A stretch of DNA of 38,662 bases from Nitrospirota bacterium. GTDB lineage: Bacteria; CG2-30-53-67; CG2-30-70-394. The position numbers and the translations under genes are program-made. The DNA lies in the NCBI GenBank assembly GCA_050050395.1, contig JASFUG010000001.1:1-38662 (forward strand), in the 5' to 3' direction. Under the pieces are notes generated by a model, which saw nothing but the letters and a program-made list of their open reading frames with translations, ran no database searches and was not told the origin of the DNA. Shown piece after piece: positions 31,401 to 38,662 of the stretch; the first letter of the stretch is position 1; every line of letters starts with the position of its first letter.

Positions 31401-31910
31401 TCCGGTCTGACGATAGCCGGCCTCCAGAAGGCGCGCGATGAGCCCCTCCAGCGGCCAACGCTCGCCCACCTCGACCGTGAACTGCATGCGATCGAACTCC
31501 ACGACCTTGGGCAGTTTCTGGAGTAGGGCGCGCGGGGTGGTCACCACACAGCACGGCGCCGCGCCGCGCGCGGCGTGGAGCGCTTCGATGCGCGCACGCA
31601 CCAACGTCGGATTCAGCTCGGCCTGCTCGTACGGCAGGATCTCCCACTGGGGGAAGAGCTTCACCGCTGTCGGTGCCCCCGGGCCATCGTTCGGCAAGAA
31701 GAACCTCAGGTCCGCGGCCAATGCCTCGGCCTGATCCGGCGTCTGCACCATACACACCAGGCTACGTCCCAGGCGGGTCACCAAGGCTGCGAGCAGCTCT
31801 GCCCGGCGACCGTGGAACGCGCCGCGTAGCTGGACCCTTGCCGGCGCTTCCTGCAGGGCGGCGGCCAGGAGGTCGGTGGGGGTGTCGAGGGCCGGTGTGC
31901 GAGCCATCAT
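28428..31910 (-). CDS. mfd: transcription-repair coupling factor
   Basis: The 1160-aa product has a CarD-like segment (DYVVHLQHGIGQY.G), SF2 helicase motifs (GDVGFGKTEVA, IIDEEQRFGV, LTLTATPIPRTL, QLRGRVGR) and a TRCF C-terminal domain. Confidence 0.95.
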   Translation of the reverse strand: MMARTPALDTPTDLLAAALQEAPARVQLRGAFHGRRAELLAALVTRLGRSLVCMVQTPDQAEALAADLRFFLPNDGPGAPTAVKLFPQWEILPYEQAELNPTLVRARIEALHAARGAAPCCVVTTPRALLQKLPKVVEFDRMQFTVEVGERWPLEGLIARLLEAGYRQTGFVEVAGEFAHRGGILDLYSPRHDRPVRLEYFDDEIESIRFFDPLSQRSAGHLDACHVGPTRELLLTDARRLAAAERIAQDSPRLAENLRSAALPSGVEQFFSLFHDGHHTLFDYFAGDPICFRDQPGVLAGEAEVFAALVAERRSLAAADRPILADVDPPVLEPAELIESLALLDCIDGLSPLAEVHPAHPVIEDDARSVTIVGEGLKARLRYLRTALTEWASHRPVFLPCISPGQADRMQRLLTDLDLPTELMGGTPPPPADTPPGIYTLVGEISRSFAVGDTGPVYLAEADLGGTKVHLRVKKPTSVDEVLQDFRALKTDDYVVHLQHGIGQYAGLATLTAANITGEFLEIRYAKGDKIFVPIDELAQVSRYVGEEGRAPTLSTLGTGTWERIKAQTRKGVELVARELVELYAARQAATGFPFSPPTDAEYLAFEAAFPFEETPDQEVVIRQVLEDMAMSQPMDRLVCGDVGFGKTEVALRAACRCILDGKQVVVLAPTTLLSQQHYHNFTERFASLPVRIGHLSRLLPPKEQRQVVEQAADGRIDILIGTHRLLSRDLRLRDLGLIIIDEEQRFGVRQKERLKELKTRADCLTLTATPIPRTLHMALTGIRPISIINTPPHDRLPITTRIIRRDEAVLADALARELARGGQVYWVHNRVQSIGRAAEQVARLAPKARVAIAHGQMDKQELSHVMTAFRDREHDILVCTSIIESGIDLPRVNTIVVERADTFGLAQLYQLRGRVGRGVHQAYAYLITPAESALSDDAQERLTALAEHTQLGSGFHIAAHDLEIRGGGNLLGAQQSGKIAAVGYDLYVKLVEESVAGLMGREVEEVFLPKITLDVSAYLPSDYVRDAHERLHLYQELATFSRPHEVEEALADLVDRYGRPPQEVYALFLQAEIKIAATAVRAEEVKPTTDGLLVHFSARSGLDPQAVLRLKEDYPDRVQLSGEYSLRLTAAEPHREDLSRRVRDCLALLEHLTEAPIRQ

Positions 31911-31987
31911 GGAGACGCGCTAGGGTAGCCGGACCCGGGCTTGAACACGACCGCTTTCCACGATTCCCCGAGTGTCGTTGGTCCCTT

Positions 31988-32016
31988 TTGACACCCTGTT
32001 GGCAACGTGATAGAAG
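31988..32016 (+). promoter_or_regulatory. candidate sigma70 promoter for the response regulator (TTGACA, 17-nt spacer, TAGAAG)
   Basis: TTGACA is at 31988-31993 and TAGAAG at 32011-32016. The -10 element is weak. Confidence 0.3.
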
Positions 32017-32101
32017 CGCTCACCTTAAGGTTTCTTTACTTGCGGAGGGTTGTCCGACGTTTCCCCGGTCGATCCACAGCATTCCAGGCGGTTATCCACA
32101 G

Positions 32102-33220
32102 GTGGCGTCCCTCGATGTCTCCCCACGTGCCCTGACGATTCTCCAGGTGGAGGACAGCACCGAGAACCGGGTTCTCGTGCGTAAGATCCTGGAGTCCGCG
32201 GGTCACCACGTCATCGACGCCAAGGACGGCGACGAAGGCGTACGCCTGGCCGCGGAGCTCCGGCCGGACCTGGTGATCATGGACCTCTATCTACCGGGGA
32301 TGGATGGGTACCTCGCCACGGCGCGTCTCAAGGCGGAGCCGGAGCTGGCGCAGATCCCGGTGGTGGCGCTCACCGCATCCGTGCTCAGCGGCGACCGCGA
32401 GCGGTGTCTGCGCGCAGGCTGCGCCGGCTACATCAAGAAGCCCATCGACGTGTACGCCTTTCCCGACCTGGTGTGGGAGTACTACAACGGTAGACGCGAC
32501 ACCCTCGAGATGCTCGCGCGCCAGGAGTCCGTCGGCGAGTGGGACGGGAACGGTGTCCAGGAATCGTCGCCCCTCTGGGGTGCCGAAGAGAAGGGGCTCG
32601 CGACGGCCACCGGTGCGGAGACCGTCGGACTGCCGCTCACCGTGCTGGTCAAGTGGCTCGATGCCATCGAGATGAGCGAGGCGGCGGTGTTCGGTTACAC
32701 CGAGGGCCATGGCCAGCGCACGGCACGCTACGCGCGCCAGATCGGCGACCGCCTCGGCTTGTCGTCTTCGGCCCTGGATACGCTGGTACGCGGCTGCCGA
32801 CTACACGATCTCGGCAAGGTTCAGGCCGAAATCCACCACCGCTGCAAGGGTGGTTATCTGAGCAGCGAGGCGTGGAACGCCTTCGCCGCCCACCCGCGCT
32901 ACGGCGCGGAGCTGCTCGTCGGCGTGCCGGCCCTGCGGGACGAGGTCGAGATCATCCTCCACCACCACGAGCGGTGGGATGGCAAGGGTTATCCCGACGG
33001 TCTGCGTAGCGACGAGATCCCGCGGCTGGCCCAGATCTGTGGCGTAGCCGAGGCATTCGACGCGATGGTCACCCGGGCCGGCTACCACCCGGAGCCGAGA
33101 TCCGTGGAGTCTGCGGCCATGGAGCTCAAGCGGTGCGCGGGGGCGCAGTTTTCCCCTCGGGTAGTCGAGGCGTTCCTCTCCCTGATCGACGAGGGACGGC
33201 TGAGCGTCAACGGCGGCTAG
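32102..33220 (+). CDS. response regulator with an HD-GYP output domain (predicted c-di-GMP phosphodiesterase)
   Basis: The REC domain has ILQVEDS, DLVIMDLYLPGMDG, VVALTAS and GYIKKP. The HD-GYP domain has HGQRTARYA, LHDLGKV and HHHERWDGKGYPDGL. The listed ORF start at 31673 overlaps mfd, so I chose the first in-frame start beyond mfd, GTG 32102. That start has a poor SD and is uncertain. Confidence 0.85.
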   Translation: MASLDVSPRALTILQVEDSTENRVLVRKILESAGHHVIDAKDGDEGVRLAAELRPDLVIMDLYLPGMDGYLATARLKAEPELAQIPVVALTASVLSGDRERCLRAGCAGYIKKPIDVYAFPDLVWEYYNGRRDTLEMLARQESVGEWDGNGVQESSPLWGAEEKGLATATGAETVGLPLTVLVKWLDAIEMSEAAVFGYTEGHGQRTARYARQIGDRLGLSSSALDTLVRGCRLHDLGKVQAEIHHRCKGGYLSSEAWNAFAAHPRYGAELLVGVPALRDEVEIILHHHERWDGKGYPDGLRSDEIPRLAQICGVAEAFDAMVTRAGYHPEPRSVESAAMELKRCAGAQFSPRVVEAFLSLIDEGRLSVNGG

Positions 33221-33272
33221 CCCCTGTGCAGGCGTGGCGGTGCGGGGCCGGCGGCGGCGCGCGTCGTCCAGG

Positions 33273-33983
33273 CTACTTCTCCAGCACCCCGGTCCCGTGG
33301 GCCAGCGCCACCCCCACGGCCTCTAGATCAAACTGGTGCCACGCGGCCATCGAGGCGGTGATCGCTTCCATCACCTGATCGCGGTCGCTGCCCCGTAGCT
33401 GCTTGCCTGCCTCCGGGAAGACCAGGGCCATGCGTACGCGCCGCGTGTACTCGAGTAACGTCCGGGCGACCTCCACCGTATTCCCCGGCTTCTCGTCGTG
33501 GTGGCAGCGGCGGCAGGTGGTAGTGATCGTGTCCGAGTTGAGTACCTGCCCGCCGACGGCGCCATGGCAGGTCGTACAGTCGGCGGCCTCCCGGCCCTCC
33601 TGCAGGGCGCGGAAGTGGGCGCTGGCGAGGGCGCCGCGGATCTGGTTGGGGTGGCACTGACCGCACCCCTGCGAGAGGACCAGACGGTCCCCCGCGTGGA
33701 CCCGCTCCTCCGCCCAGACGAAGTGGATCCCGACGTGCGCCGCGCTGGCCAGGGTTGCTTCGCCGTCACCACCGTGACAGGTAACGCACGTCACGTCGTT
33801 GTAGGCGTGCATCGATTCGGCCCAGTCCTGATAGGTGTGTGCCCACTTCGGGTCCTGCTTCAACTGACGGTGGCAGTCGGCGCAGCTCCCCGCGTCGCCT
33901 GGCACGGGCGCGCTTAGCACCACGCCGAACAGGAGTGCCGTGGCCGCGCCGCTCCAGCTCCCACGACGATCCAGAATGGTCAT
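33273..33983 (-). CDS. secreted pentahaem c-type cytochrome
   Basis: I used the internal ATG at 33983, which gives a signal-like N-terminus (MTILDRRGSWSGAATALLFGVVLSAPVPG). There are five CxxCH motifs: CADCH, CVTCH, CGQCH, CTTCH and CRRCH. Confidence 0.8.
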   Translation of the reverse strand: MTILDRRGSWSGAATALLFGVVLSAPVPGDAGSCADCHRQLKQDPKWAHTYQDWAESMHAYNDVTCVTCHGGDGEATLASAAHVGIHFVWAEERVHAGDRLVLSQGCGQCHPNQIRGALASAHFRALQEGREAADCTTCHGAVGGQVLNSDTITTTCRRCHHDEKPGNTVEVARTLLEYTRRVRMALVFPEAGKQLRGSDRDQVMEAITASMAAWHQFDLEAVGVALAHGTGVLEK

Positions 33984-34187
33984 GGATGAACGCACGGTAC
34001 CCTCGTTAGCGGTGATCTGCCATCGTGCCCCCGGGCTGCAGCGGGACCGCGGATCTTGCCGGCTTGGGAGATCGACGGCTGGATGGCGAACAAACCACAC
34101 CAATTAGAGCCGGAAAACCGCCGTCGGGTGCAAACTTTCTATTTCCGTCTTGTGGCGGCGGTGCAACTGGGTCATCGCGACGCTCGG

Positions 34188-35522
34188 TTATGGCTGCTGT
34201 GCCGGTCCCCAGGACGGCGAAGTCGCCGCCACGTTGGGTGGGGTGATGCGACGGCGATCCCCGGTCCGAACGTTCTGGATGTAGAGCGAAGGCTGGGCGT
34301 GGCGGGTGGTCTGGTAGACGAGATAGGACCCATTGGGTGACCAGCTCGGATGCTCATGAGAGCCCGGTGCGTCGGTGACGAGCTGGACGTGAGTACCGTC
34401 CGCGCGGATGGTGTAGATGTCGAACCCGGCACCGTTGACCTTGGCGTAGGCGATGCGCTGGCCATCCGGCGACCACTCGGGGTTGGCGAAGTACGCGCCG
34501 TCGAAGCTCAGGCGATGGTTCTTCCGTCTGGCGACGTCTATCACGTAGAGCTGTGGTGTGCCGGTACGGTCGGAGATGAAGGCGATCTGTTTGCCGTCCG
34601 GTGACCAGGTCGGCCCCACCGCCACCCCGAGCTCACGGGTGAGCTGGCGGCGATCGGTGCCGTTGCGGTTCATCACGTAGATGTCGGTGCTGCTGCCGCG
34701 GGTCATCGTCAGGGCGATCTGGCTGCCGTCCGGTGACCAGTCGGGGGACATGTTCACCCCGGCGCGCCGCGAGATGCGCTTGATCATCGCCCGCTGCAGG
34801 TCGAGGACGAAGAGGTCGGGGTTGGCCTTCAGGTACGAGGTGAAGGCGATGTACTTGCCGTCGGGCGACCAGTCCGGCATCAGGTTGAGGTTGCCGTTCG
34901 AGACTACCTTGCGTGGGTTTTCCCCGTCGTAGTCGAGGATGAACAGGTCCTTGCCGCCCTTGGTCTTCACCTCGCAGGCGATCCACGTGTCGAACACCCC
35001 CTCCTCGCCGGTCACCTCTTTCAGGGCGAGGTTCGCGAAGCGGTGCAGCAGGGCGCGCCGCTCGTCGATGCGACCGGTGAGGCGCTTGCCGAGGATCTGG
35101 CGGCGGCCAAAGAGGTCGTAGAGGCGCGCCTCGATGGTGATCACCTCGCCGGTGAGCTCGGCGCCGGTCTTTAGCAGGTACTCGGCACCGATGATCGTCC
35201 AGTCGTCGTAGTTGAAGGCCCCCGCCTCCAGGTCGGCTTTGCGGTAGTCCTCCAGGTAGGCGATCGGGTCGAGGCGCTTGAAGTAGCCGGAGAACTCCAG
35301 GTCGTCGGCGAGCACCTGGGCGATCTCCTGCTCCAGGGTCACCGGCAGGCTGCCGCCCAAACCACGGCAGTACGGGATGGCGATGCGAATGCGTGCGATC
35401 CCCGAGGGGCTGATCACCGTGTAGCGCTGAGCCTCGGCCACGCCGGTGACGGTGGCGGTGAGCAGCAGGCAGAGCGCGACGACGAGCCGCAGGGAGAGAC
35501 GGGTAACGGAGGGACCGATCAC
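34188..35522 (-). CDS. tolB: Tol-Pal system beta-propeller protein TolB
   Basis: It has a signal peptide, a TolB N-terminal domain, and repeated PDWSPDG.. / P.WSPDG..IAF propeller blades. It overlaps the tolA stop by 4 nt. Confidence 0.9.
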   Translation of the reverse strand: MIGPSVTRLSLRLVVALCLLLTATVTGVAEAQRYTVISPSGIARIRIAIPYCRGLGGSLPVTLEQEIAQVLADDLEFSGYFKRLDPIAYLEDYRKADLEAGAFNYDDWTIIGAEYLLKTGAELTGEVITIEARLYDLFGRRQILGKRLTGRIDERRALLHRFANLALKEVTGEEGVFDTWIACEVKTKGGKDLFILDYDGENPRKVVSNGNLNLMPDWSPDGKYIAFTSYLKANPDLFVLDLQRAMIKRISRRAGVNMSPDWSPDGSQIALTMTRGSSTDIYVMNRNGTDRRQLTRELGVAVGPTWSPDGKQIAFISDRTGTPQLYVIDVARRKNHRLSFDGAYFANPEWSPDGQRIAYAKVNGAGFDIYTIRADGTHVQLVTDAPGSHEHPSWSPNGSYLVYQTTRHAQPSLYIQNVRTGDRRRITPPNVAATSPSWGPAQQP

Positions 35523-36526
35523 TGGAAATCCTTGTCGTTGAACTCGTAGTAGAGATTGACGGCGGTGCCGTCGAAGTCACTGAGACGCGAGAGGTCGTGC
35601 GGGGGGCTGGGGAAGGGAGCGGATTTCTTCACGGCCCGCTTGACCGCCTCGTCAAAGTAGCGGTTCCCGGAGGGGGACTCCAAGAGCAAGTCGGTGAGCT
35701 CCCCCGCCAGGTTCACGCGCAGGTGGACCTGACATACCAGGCCCGCCCCCGGGGCGATGTTTGGGGGAACCTCGTAGTTGCCGCGGATCCGCGTGGCGAC
35801 CATATCCTGATAGAAGACATAGCGTCGCTCCGCGGCCCGCTGCGCCGCCGCCTCGGCCTCGGCCCGTTCCGCCGCGACCCGTGCGAGCCTTTCCGCCTCG
35901 GCCCGTTCGGCAGCGATCCGTGCCTGCTCCGCGGCCTTCGCCGCCGCGATGCGTGCCTCCTCTTCCGCCTTGATCCGGGCGACACGCTCGGCGAGCTCCT
36001 GGCGCTCCTTCTCGATGCGCGCCTCTTCGGCCGCCTTGCGCGTCGCCTCCGCACGCTCCCGCAGGCGTTCACGGATGCGATCGAGGCTCTCCTTCTCCCA
36101 GTCGGTCTCGTTCACCATCGGCTTGTCCGGCGGCTTCGGCTTCGGTTTCACCGCCGGCTTGGGTGCGGCAACGGGCTTGGGCTTGGGTTTCGGCTTGGGT
36201 GGCTCGGGCGGCGGTTTGGGGGGCGCCGGTTTGGGCTGGGGTGGCGGCTTCGGCTTGGGCTTCGGCGGAGGCGCCGGCTTTGGCTGGGGGGCAACCGCCT
36301 GCGGCTTTTCGGGCGTCTTCACCGGCAGCGGCGCCGCCTTCTTGCGCGGCGCCTCCTGCATCAGACGCACCGAGACGCTGCTCACCAGCGGCGTACGGCG
36401 CGGGGGGGCGATGTGGCCGGCGGTGAGGATGATCGCCGCCCCGAGGAGGTGGGCGACGACGCTGCGCCGCAGGAAGGGGCCGAGGCGGTCGATCTGCGGA
36501 GGGTTGGGTGCCCTCATTTTGGCCAC
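35519..36526 (-). CDS. tolA: cell envelope integrity protein TolA (TonB-C-like C-terminal domain)
   Basis: It has an N-terminal TM anchor (VVAHLLGAAIILTAG), a Pro/Lys-rich spacer (PKPKPKPPPQPKPAPPKPPPEPPKPKPKPKP), an Ala/Glu/Arg helical repeat region and a C-terminal domain (YEVPPNI...GLVCQVHLRVNLAGEL.DLLLESPSGNRYFDEAVKRAVKKSAPFP). It lies between tolR and tolB. Confidence 0.8.
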   Translation of the reverse strand: MAKMRAPNPPQIDRLGPFLRRSVVAHLLGAAIILTAGHIAPPRRTPLVSSVSVRLMQEAPRKKAAPLPVKTPEKPQAVAPQPKPAPPPKPKPKPPPQPKPAPPKPPPEPPKPKPKPKPVAAPKPAVKPKPKPPDKPMVNETDWEKESLDRIRERLRERAEATRKAAEEARIEKERQELAERVARIKAEEEARIAAAKAAEQARIAAERAEAERLARVAAERAEAEAAAQRAAERRYVFYQDMVATRIRGNYEVPPNIAPGAGLVCQVHLRVNLAGELTDLLLESPSGNRYFDEAVKRAVKKSAPFPSPPHDLSRLSDFDGTAVNLYYEFNDKDFQ

Positions 36527-36692
36527 CTAGCCGCCATGCCGCCTCGTGGCGCACCGTGTGCGACGGGCCAGGAGGTCGGTACCAAGGGGCCCCTCCGTCG
36601 CCGCACCGCTCGTGCCGTAGGGACCGGAAGGAACACCCGTCGCCGCATTACAGTTACGCTGTCGCCGTGGCCGAGCCATGGCGGGACCCGTC

Positions 36693-37092
<400 letters not shown>

Positions 37093-37106
<14 letters not shown>

Positions 37107-37938
37107 CGGTGTCTTCCACGAAGTGGCGCTTGACGATGTTCAGGAACTCCGAGTGGAAGTTCTCCATCTCGGTGGCCAGGCCGTCGATCTTGCTGTTGAA
37201 GAAGTTGAACGCGACCACCGCGGGAATCGCCGCGGCGAGGCCCGCGGCGGTGGCGACCAGCGCCTCGGAGATCCCTGGGGCGACCACCGCCAGGGTGGCA
37301 TTGCCGCGGGCGCCGATCTCCCGGAAGGCGTCCATGATCCCCCACACCGTCCCGAACAGGCCGATGAATGGCGCGGTCGAGCCGGTGGTGGCGAGAAATG
37401 TGAGGTAGCGCCGGAGCTGTCCGATCTCCTCGTTGCTGGCGCGGGTCATGGCGCGGCCGATGTTGGCCACCCCCCCGAGGTCGGTGCTCATGCGTGCCGG
37501 GTCGTCCTCTTCCCTGTGGGGTACGCGGCCGGCGGAGCGGCGCTGCGAGAGGCGCACCAGCTCCGCGTAACCGGCCTGGAAGAGCTCGGCCAGGGGCGCG
37601 CCCTTCATCTGCTTGGCGGCGTCGAAGATGGAGCTCAGCCGCTCGGTCTTCCAGAAAACCTCCAGGAAGGCCCGGGAGCGGGCGCGGGCGGCCTTCACCA
37701 TCTGCCACTTGAGGGCGATGATGCCCCACGACACCACGGAGAAGAACAGCAGCAGCAGGAGGACGAACTGCACCATCCAGCCCGCGTTCAGCACCAGGGC
37801 CAGGACCGAATGGCTGGTAGAGGGACCGGCGAGGGCCCAGGCGGATGCCGGGGCGAGGAGGACCAGCAGGAGTGTCAGGAGCACGGGAGGAGGGGGGCAG
37901 GGGGGAACGACAACGCGGCCGATCTTCGATGGCCGCAA
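37093..37938 (-). CDS. tolQ: MotA/TolQ/ExbB-family proton channel TolQ, with a signal-peptide-like N-terminal extension (start uncertain: TTG 37938 or GTG 37884)
   Basis: LNAGWMVQFVLLLLLFFSVVSWGIIALK and TAPFIGLFGTVWGIMDAF...G.....VVAPGISEALVATAAGLAAAIPAV.AFN are canonical TolQ/ExbB motifs. Confidence 0.9.
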
Positions 37939-38039
37939 CTCACCAAGTCAAGCCGCGCCGGCAGTGGCGGCGGACGGCCGAATCCCTTGACCGGCAAGGC
38001 TCGTCCGGGTAGCGTCCCCGCCCCGGTTCCGGGCTGCGC

Positions 38040-38116
38040 GGCGGTGTAGCTCAGCTGGTTAGAGCATGCGGCTCATATCCGCAGTGTCCGGGGTTCAATT
38101 CCCTGCACCGCCACCA
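38040..38116 (+). tRNA. tRNA with CAU anticodon (elongator Met, or Ile2 if lysidinylated)
   Basis: GGCGGTGTAGCTCAGCTGGTTAGAGCATGCGGCTCATATCCGCAGTGTCCGGGGTTCAATTCCCTGCACCGCCACCA. The acceptor arm GGCGGTG pairs with CACCGCC, the anticodon loop is CTCATAT, and the CCA end is encoded. Confidence 0.9.
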
Positions 38117-38286
38117 TTTTTCACCCGACTGCGGCACCCATCGTCGCGGGAGCCGGGAGGTCCGGAAGAGAGGGAACAAAGGAAGCCGGCCGTCCTGAGC
38201 TCGCCTCCTCGCCTCCGGGGTTGCCGCGTGAACGTTGTCCTGCAGTACACGACGGCCATCCCGCGCTGCCGGGAAAAGAAATGCCT

Positions 38287-38348
38287 CTAAGGAAGGCAGG
38301 AGGGGTTGGTAGTGCGGGCAACTCCTCCTGATTTCCTGCCTTCCTTAG
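38287..38348 (-). terminator. 15-bp perfect inverted repeat plus an inner 6-bp extension; terminator-like for the minus-strand gene at the window edge
   Basis: CTAAGGAAGGCAGGA (38287-38301) pairs with TCCTGCCTTCCTTAG (38334-38348). On the minus strand the hairpin is followed by AGGCATTTCTTTTCC. Confidence 0.4.
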
Positions 38349-38477
38349 CGGAGCGAACCCCCGGTCGAGTCTCGCGCGCTGCCCGGATGTTCTCTCCGCG
38401 GCTCCCGCGCGGCGAACTCAGCCGTGTCTGCCGACGGATCCTCGCGCAGTGACGACGTCGAGATCCAGAAGAACGCC

Positions 38478-38662
38478 TCAATTTCCGTCCAGACTGTGGC
38501 CGGACCTCGATTTGATCAATCGGAAGTGATTGACCACCTGCGCTGCAGCCGTACGTCTTCCGTTATCCGTAAGCCAGACCTGAGTGACGATTCTGCGGTT
38601 CCTGAAGGCGACCATGTCCTTCAAGTTTTTGAGAGGTAGTACTCTCGTGTTTCCGTCCGCCT
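38478..38662 (-). CDS. C-terminal fragment of an unknown protein (upstream part lies outside the window)
   Basis: My hand translation of the minus strand is ...ADGNTRVLPLKNLKDMVAFRNRRIVTQVWLTDNGRRTAAAQVVNHFRLIKSRSGHSLDGN*, with the stop at 38480-38478. The GC content is lower than in the core region. I recognise no family. Confidence 0.3.
   Translation of the reverse strand, partial: ADGNTRVLPLKNLKDMVAFRNRRIVTQVWLTDNGRRTAAAQVVNHFRLIKSRSGHSLDGN

Noticed and set aside
31673-32101. The upstream 143 codons of the response-regulator ORF.
   Set aside because: This part overlaps the 5' end of mfd on the opposite strand and the intergenic promoter region, and its translation is Pro/Arg/Gly-rich. 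The REC domain begins only after 32102.
38424-38639. A 71-aa plus-strand ORF at the right edge.
   Set aside because: It overlaps the open minus-strand frame that runs off the window and looks more protein-like. The plus-strand translation is Ser/Asp-rich with no start context. This remains undecidable without the flanking sequence.

Overview
This is a high-GC chromosomal segment, roughly 65-73% GC in the 60-nt blocks I hand-counted. It comes from a diderm bacterium, since LptD, SurA-like, TolQRAB and TonB/TolA-type genes are all present. The 16S 5' region looks deltaproteobacteria-like to me, but that cannot be settled without a database search. The content is mostly housekeeping. Left to right the window holds: a truncated NhaP-type antiporter in an AT-richer edge segment; a decaying Phd/YefM-VapC toxin-antitoxin pair; rplS; an overlap-coupled rnhB-yraN-dtd-tyrS chain; a lipase-like lipoprotein; a complete rRNA operon (16S, tRNA-Ile, tRNA-Ala, 23S, 5S, terminator); lptD and folC; hemW; the rpsB-tsf-pyrH-frr operon; yebC-ruvC-ruvA-ruvB; an ACT-domain protein with a histone-H1-like (PAKKKA)n tail; a class II glutamine amidotransferase plus an NCS2/AzgA-like permease; a solitary cheW; mfd plus a surA-like PPIase; a REC/HD-GYP response regulator; a pentahaem cytochrome c; tolQ-tolR-tolA-tolB with no pal; a tRNA(CAU); and a lower-GC partial ORF at the right edge. 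I do not see a convincing multi-gene novel system such as a defence island, CRISPR array or mobile element. The most unusual items are: (1) the ACT/H1-like fusion, which has an internal SD+ATG exactly at the start of its repeat tail; (2) a multihaem cytochrome sitting where pal normally follows tolB, convergent with an HD-GYP regulator; (3) a TA module in which both genes look damaged; and (4) compositional breaks at both window edges, the right one directly after a tRNA. All family assignments rest on motifs I recognise by eye in the translations, not on searches.
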